DNA of 64,000 nucleotides from NCBI GenBank assembly GCA_030765185.1, contig JAVCDE010000024.1, positions 42,975 through 106,974 of the forward strand. Direction: 5' to 3'. Shown in pieces: positions 59,959-64,000 of the stretch; position 1 is the first letter of the stretch, and every line of letters starts with the position of its first letter. The notes below the pieces were generated by a model. The model did not search any database and was not told the origin of the DNA. It saw only the letters and a list, made by a program, of their open reading frames with translations. The translations under genes and the position numbers were made by a program. Origin of the DNA: Candidatus Aceula meridiana. GTDB taxonomy: Bacteria > Omnitrophota > Gorgyraeia > Zapsychrales > Aceulaceae.

Positions 59959-61632
59959 CTACATCTTTTTGGGCGCGCTTACACCTAGCAGTGTAAGGCC
60001 ATTATGAAAAACAATACGTGCCGCTTCAATTAGCGCAAGGCGCTGACAAGACAAGGCTTGGTCCTCGCCGATGACTTTGTGTTTGTCATAAAACCTATGA
60101 AAACACGCTGCCAGTTCTATCAAATAAGTCACCATCCCAAATGGGTCAAGCTGTCCTAGACAAATTGAAAGTGCGTCTTCAAAAGATGCCATTTTCTGAA
60201 TAAGATCAATTTCTTCCGACTCTTGTAAAAGCGTAAAATCTTTTTCAGCAATTTTAAGATTTGCTTCTTTGGCTTTGGTAAAGATACTGTTGATGCGCGC
60301 GTGGGCGTACTGAATATAATAAACCGGATTTTCCGGGCTTTGCTCTTTAGCAAGTTCCAAATCAAAATCTAAGTGAACCTTAATATGACGCATCAAAAAG
60401 AAAAACCGCGCCGCGTCAAAACCGACATCTTGCATGACTTGACGAAGGCTAATAAACTCACCCTTACGCGTTGACATCGAGAGTGGTTGACCCTTGCGAT
60501 AAAGTGACGCTAGCTGAACGATTAAGACCTCTACATCATCTCTACTATGACCTAGAGCCTCTACAGCAGCCTTTAAACGAGCTATATATCCGTGATGATC
60601 CGGTCCCAAGATATTAATAACTCTATTAAAGCCACGATCAAACTTATCCTTGTGATACGCAATGTCAGGCGCCAGATAGGTATAGTTGCCGTCCGACTTT
60701 TTAACCACACGGTCTTTGTCGTCTCCTAAGTCTGTAGACTTAAACCAAGTAGCCCCATCTTTTTCATAAAGATATCCTTTTTCCTCAATAACTTTAAGCG
60801 CGTCCTCAATACTTTTTGGCGTTGCGATTTTAGTCTGCGAAGACCAAACATCAAAATGAACGTTAAAATCTTCCAGATCTTGCTTAATCTCATCTAAAAG
60901 AACTTTCACCCCAAATTTCTCGAAGTCCTTGGTAGGGACAGCTTCCAATGCTTGAACATCACAAATATTTCTTTCTTTCATAAAATCTTTAGCCAATCGC
61001 TTAATATAGGCCCCTTGATAGTAATCCTCAGGGAAATCAACAGTCTCCCCTAGTATCTCTGCTGCGCGTGCATTAATCGATCCGCCTAAAATTTTTATCT
61101 GATTACCTTCATCATTAATATAGTATTCTTTTTTAATGTCATAACCTAAAAACCCTAAAATATTTCCAAGCGCATCGCCTACGGCAGCCTGTCGGGCATG
61201 TGCGACAGTTAAAGGTCCGGTTGGATTTGCCGAAACAAATTCAATCTGAATCTTATTCCCCTTGCCTTGCGTTGAGCGGCCATACTGATCACCCTGATTT
61301 AAAACATCACTAAGCACATCACAAAAAGCAATATTAGCCAAGAAGAAATTAATAAAACCGGGATTTTTTACTTCAATAGATTTAATTTTTTCCTTAAGGG
61401 AAGATTTTTCTAAATTCTGCTCTAAAACCTCTGCCACTTCTTGCGCAATAATCTTAGGACTCTTCTTTAAAACCTTTACCAGACGCAAGGCCGCGCTGCA
61501 GGAAAACTCTCCGTGAATCTTTTCTTTTGGTTTTTCTAACACCAAGAGGGCTGGGTCAATAGAGGTTTTGCAGACTTCCTCAAGAGAAATTTTCAGAAGT
61601 TTTTCGATTTCTTTTTTTAGGTTGGATAGCAT
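59959..61632 (-). CDS. argS: Arginine--tRNA ligase
   Basis: PGFIN, EFVSANPTGPL.V.HAR, DKDRV, MSTRKG, YYIQYAHAR, APKKM. Confidence 0.97.
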   Translation of the reverse strand: MLSNLKKEIEKLLKISLEEVCKTSIDPALLVLEKPKEKIHGEFSCSAALRLVKVLKKSPKIIAQEVAEVLEQNLEKSSLKEKIKSIEVKNPGFINFFLANIAFCDVLSDVLNQGDQYGRSTQGKGNKIQIEFVSANPTGPLTVAHARQAAVGDALGNILGFLGYDIKKEYYINDEGNQIKILGGSINARAAEILGETVDFPEDYYQGAYIKRLAKDFMKERNICDVQALEAVPTKDFEKFGVKVLLDEIKQDLEDFNVHFDVWSSQTKIATPKSIEDALKVIEEKGYLYEKDGATWFKSTDLGDDKDRVVKKSDGNYTYLAPDIAYHKDKFDRGFNRVINILGPDHHGYIARLKAAVEALGHSRDDVEVLIVQLASLYRKGQPLSMSTRKGEFISLRQVMQDVGFDAARFFFLMRHIKVHLDFDLELAKEQSPENPVYYIQYAHARINSIFTKAKEANLKIAEKDFTLLQESEEIDLIQKMASFEDALSICLGQLDPFGMVTYLIELAACFHRFYDKHKVIGEDQALSCQRLALIEAARIVFHNGLTLLGVSAPKKM

Positions 61633-61650
61633 GAAGGATGTAAATTATAA

Positions 61651-61714
61651 AAGCCACAAGTCACAAGTTATAAGCCTTAAGCTTAAAACTGACAACTCGT
61701 GGCTTATAGCTTAA
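61651..61714. repeat. Imperfect heptamer tandem repeats forming an inverted repeat
   Basis: AAGCCAC AAGTCAC AAGTTAT AAGCCTT AAGCTTA AAACTGA CAACTCG TGGCTTA TAGCTTA; arms AAGCCAC..TAAGC / GCTTA..GTGGCTT. Confidence 0.6.
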
Positions 61715-61717
61715 TTA

Positions 61718-62098
61718 TTATTCCCAATTAATCTTCTTACCGGCCTGCCAGAGGTGCTCTAATCCGTAAAATTCCCGCGTTTCTTTCTCAAAAACATGTG
61801 TCACGATGTCGCCACCATCAACAATAACCCATTTGGAGTCTTTTAGCCCTTGAGGGCGAGGAATATACCTACCCTCTTGCTGAAGGCCCTCACGGATATT
61901 GTCAGCAATTGCCTTAACCTGACGGTCAGAATTACCTGAGCAGATAACAAAATAATCGCAGAAGTTTGCCAATTTTCGGACATCCAGCACGACAAGGTGC
62001 TCAGCTTTCTTGTCCAAAGCAAGTTCTGCGATTAAAGAGATAGTCTTCTTGGCAATGGCCAGCGACGATTTTCGCGGTGTTGAATTCTGTTTAGCCAA
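61718..62098 (-). CDS. rsfS: Ribosome silencing factor RsfS (Iojap)
   Basis: DKKA, DYFVICSG.S.RQV.AI, W..VD.GD.V.HVF...R.FY.LE.LW. Confidence 0.95.
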   Translation of the reverse strand: MAKQNSTPRKSSLAIAKKTISLIAELALDKKAEHLVVLDVRKLANFCDYFVICSGNSDRQVKAIADNIREGLQQEGRYIPRPQGLKDSKWVIVDGGDIVTHVFEKETREFYGLEHLWQAGKKINWE

Positions 62099-62175
62099 TA
62101 ATTTTACTCGCGGTCAAAATAATCTTTGCTCTTATTTATTATTGAAATGAGAAATAAGTCCGGATTAAAGATACA

Positions 62176-62346
62176 TTACTTCTTCATCTTTGCTGCTTGA
62201 TCCTTAGAAAGGACTCTCCAGCATTCATGTGAACCACTCTGTGATTTTGTCACAGCAAAAAAGCGTCCACTCTTTTCTCTGACTTCGTATTCAGAGGAGG
62301 TAAATTTAGCTTTTGACTTAACATCGTAGAAAGATAATTCTTCCAT
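62176..62346 (-). CDS. 56-aa basic protein resembling archaeal chromatin protein CC1 (not in ORF track)
   Basis: Manual translation MEELSFYDVKSKAKFTSSEYEVREKSGRFFAVTKSQSGSHECWRVLSKDQAAKMKK; AAAGGAG RBS; own promoter. Confidence 0.8.
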   Translation of the reverse strand: MEELSFYDVKSKAKFTSSEYEVREKSGRFFAVTKSQSGSHECWRVLSKDQAAKMKK

Positions 62347-62414
62347 TGAAACTCCTTTCGTTTAACAACTGTTGATCTCGCCCTAATTTGCATTATCAAA
62401 TCAGGGTTGAATAA

Positions 62415-62443
62415 AGTGTACCGAATATTTATCGCTTTGTCAA
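62415..62443 (-). promoter_or_regulatory. Sigma70 promoter of the CC1-like gene
   Basis: TTGACA-17 nt-TACACT; leader contains hairpin CCCTGATTTG-ataatg-CAAATTAGGG. Confidence 0.75.
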
Positions 62444-62476
62444 ATCAAAATAAGCTAAATTGTCCCGTGCTTCAAC

Positions 62477-63745
62477 CTAGACCCCAACAAGCCTACGAAT
62501 CTCTTTTTCCTGGGCATCTTTGATAGGCCCAACAAGGGAAAGGTTAATCGCGTTTGAAGCAAAAAGGCTTTGAGCAACGCGGCGGACGTCTTGCGGCGTG
62601 ACTTTCTTGACTTTTTTAATAACATTTTGTGGGGTCTCTGTTTTATTGGTTGAAACAACAGACTCTCCCATCCAAAACATATGTTCTGCGGTATCTTCAA
62701 GACCCAAAAGCATCTGGCCCAAAAGATAATCTTTAGCACGCTTAAACTCGCCTGCCCCTGCTGTCGCCTGAGCAATCTTTTTTAACTCTTTCAAGATAAC
62801 ATCTACGGCATCTACAATTTTTGTATTATCAACTCCAGCGCGCACAATAAAGGCCCCTGCATCTTGAAGCATCTTAATGCCAGAGCCAATTGAATAAGCC
62901 AACCCCCTTTTCTCGCGAACTTCATTAAAAAGCCGACTGGACATATTTCCGCCCAAAATGACGTTTAGAATCCCTGCTGCATAACGGTCCTTGTGTTCAC
63001 GGTGTGGCCCATGGACTCCAAGCGCTAAGTGCATCTGTTCAATATCTTTTTTCATAATTCTTAGCTGAGGCTTCTTTTGATTCTGGACAGCTTTATCGTA
63101 ATCAATGGGACCGTCTTTTAAAAATTTACTAAATTTCTTTTTAGATAAATTTAAAATTTTAGAATGTGTAATGTCTCCGCAAGCTGTGACCACAATGTTT
63201 GATGGAATATAAAATTGATTATGAAAGCTGCGCAAATCTTTGTAAGACATCCCTTCGACCGATCCAATAGTCCCAGCAATATTTTGCCCTAAAGGATGAT
63301 TTGGCCACAAAAGCTGGTCTAATAAATCGCGTACCAAATGCTGCGGCAAGTCATGATACATCTTAATTTCTTCTAAAATAACTCCACGTTCTTTGTTAAC
63401 ATCTTTTTCAGTAATATTGGGCACTGAAACCAAATCCGATAAAATATCAAAAGTTTTCTCGGCATGACGTGATGGAACTTTAGCATAATAACATGTGCAT
63501 TCCTCAGAGGTAAATGCATTAAGCGATCCACCCACACCTTCAATTTGTTCTTTAATAGCTGCGCAACCATAATGTTTGGTGCCTTTAAAAACAATATGCT
63601 CTAGAAAATGTGCTGCGCCTTTATTCTTCACATTCTCATAACGGCCACCGACTCCGGTCCACACACCAACAGCCACAGAGCTTCGCTCTTTCATCTGATG
63701 CGAAACAATACGAAGCTTATTTGAGAGTTCTGTTCTTTTATACAT
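62477..63745 (-). CDS. M16 family zinc peptidase (pitrilysin-like)
   Basis: HFLEH (HxxEH), NAFTS.E, ERGVILEE, SSRLFNEVREKRGLAY. Confidence 0.93.
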   Translation of the reverse strand: MYKRTELSNKLRIVSHQMKERSSVAVGVWTGVGGRYENVKNKGAAHFLEHIVFKGTKHYGCAAIKEQIEGVGGSLNAFTSEECTCYYAKVPSRHAEKTFDILSDLVSVPNITEKDVNKERGVILEEIKMYHDLPQHLVRDLLDQLLWPNHPLGQNIAGTIGSVEGMSYKDLRSFHNQFYIPSNIVVTACGDITHSKILNLSKKKFSKFLKDGPIDYDKAVQNQKKPQLRIMKKDIEQMHLALGVHGPHREHKDRYAAGILNVILGGNMSSRLFNEVREKRGLAYSIGSGIKMLQDAGAFIVRAGVDNTKIVDAVDVILKELKKIAQATAGAGEFKRAKDYLLGQMLLGLEDTAEHMFWMGESVVSTNKTETPQNVIKKVKKVTPQDVRRVAQSLFASNAINLSLVGPIKDAQEKEIRRLVGV

Positions 63746-64000
63746 AGCTTACAAGTTCTGAAACAAATTCAGCCACACGCGGCACAAGGTCTTTATGCTT
63801 AGCATTTTTAACAATTTCTTTAATAATCGCACTTCCAACAATAACACCATCAGCAGCCTTAGCAACTTCTTTTACCTGTGCGCCTGTTGAAATCCCAAAA
63901 CCAACGCAAACAGGCTTAGCCACTTGCCTCTTTACGCTTTTTAAATCTGCCATAAGTTCTTTAGGTAATTTTGTGCGCTCACCCGTAACGCCGGTTAAAG
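63738..64000 (-). CDS. trpA: Tryptophan synthase alpha chain, C-terminal part (starts outside window)
   Basis: LTGVTGER, PVCVGFGIS, ADGVIVGSA. Confidence 0.92.
   Translation of the reverse strand, partial: LTGVTGERTKLPKELMADLKSVKRQVAKPVCVGFGISTGAQVKEVAKAADGVIVGSAIIKEIVKNAKHKDLVPRVAEFVSELVSYV

Overview
A 64-kb, AT-rich, gene-dense chromosomal segment with almost all genes on the minus strand (only cinA/pncC, a broken thpR and rpmB are on +). Gene content and one signature large protein point to a Candidatus Omnitrophota (OP3)-like bacterium; this assignment is inferred, not searched. Housekeeping blocks: start of the dcw cluster (mraZ-rsmH-ftsL-like); ligA-xerD-cca-rbfA-DHH-truB-ribF; tRNA-Pro(CGG); a riboflavin operon running into a KS-like/fabG/fabZ trio; rpsO-pnp-ftsK-rodZ-rimO-pgsA-pgpA; gpmI; ychF; an Rrf2-led Fe-S/nadA operon; a UvrD-nuclease fusion; rpmB; recJ-argS-rsfS; an M16 peptidase; the end of trpA. 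No CRISPR, rRNA, transposase or prophage was seen. Main oddities: (1) a 56-aa gene missing from the ORF track that resembles the crenarchaeal chromatin protein CC1; (2) a 1467-aa exported modular protein with a patchwork cargo region (HExxE, TPR, SAM-methyltransferase, ParB-like); (3) a ketosynthase with all three catalytic residues replaced; (4) a helically phased ~10-bp repeat array beside a triple-frameshifted thpR; (5) tandem NrdR-like boxes upstream of the mraZ promoter.
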